Of a stretch of DNA of 64,000 nt, positions 63,981 to 64,000 are shown in pieces. The notes beneath the pieces were generated by a model. That model did no database searches and was not told where the DNA came from. It saw only the letters and a program-made list of their open reading frames with translations. Within the stretch, counting starts at the first letter, position 1. Every line of letters begins with the position of its first letter. The stretch is taken from the sequence record OZ470804.1; one strand, given 5' to 3'. Made by a program: the position numbers and the translations under genes. This DNA comes from a phage.

Positions 63981-64000
63981 TTCTATTTGCGGAGGTGCTT

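Overview
This 64 kb window looks like part of a large virulent dsDNA phage genome (about 40% GC, no lysogeny genes seen), read by eye without tools; all domain calls rest on motifs visible in the ORF-track translations, and tRNA calls on hand-folded cloverleaves. Layout: (1) 0-11.6 kb, minus strand: thymidylate synthase, DHFR, ATP-dependent DNA ligase, an AP2-HNH homing endonuclease and a family-A DNA polymerase, with two paralogous structured intergenic leaders. (2) 11.8-41.3 kb, plus strand: dNMP kinase, T7-type primase-helicase, SSB-like protein, flap endonuclease, second AP2-HNH, aerobic (NrdAB + glutaredoxin) and anaerobic (NrdDG) ribonucleotide reductases, an adjacent Prs-like + Nampt-like pair, an rIIA/rIIB-like pair, a spanin-like overlapping pair and a macro-domain protein. 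(3) 41.3-47.2 kb: an iteron-like array followed by 13 unrelated small genes, each preceded by one of two conserved ~85 bp leader cassettes. (4) 47.2-48.1 kb: a 0.9 kb non-coding block of ~11 bp periodic YTGTTAAG-type repeats. (5) 48.2-55.8 kb, minus strand: small genes, a GH24 endolysin and an Ig-repeat protein with a truncated paralog. (6) 56-63.6 kb: a vWA-domain protein and a cluster of about 22 tRNA genes interleaved with HNH endonucleases, conserved hairpin spacers and several atypical tRNA-like elements. The strongest candidates for a counter-defence or otherwise novel system are the Prs-like/Nampt-like pair (resembling the NARP1 NAD+ reconstitution pathway) with the nearby macro-domain protein, the cassette-driven small-gene array, and the periodic repeat block.
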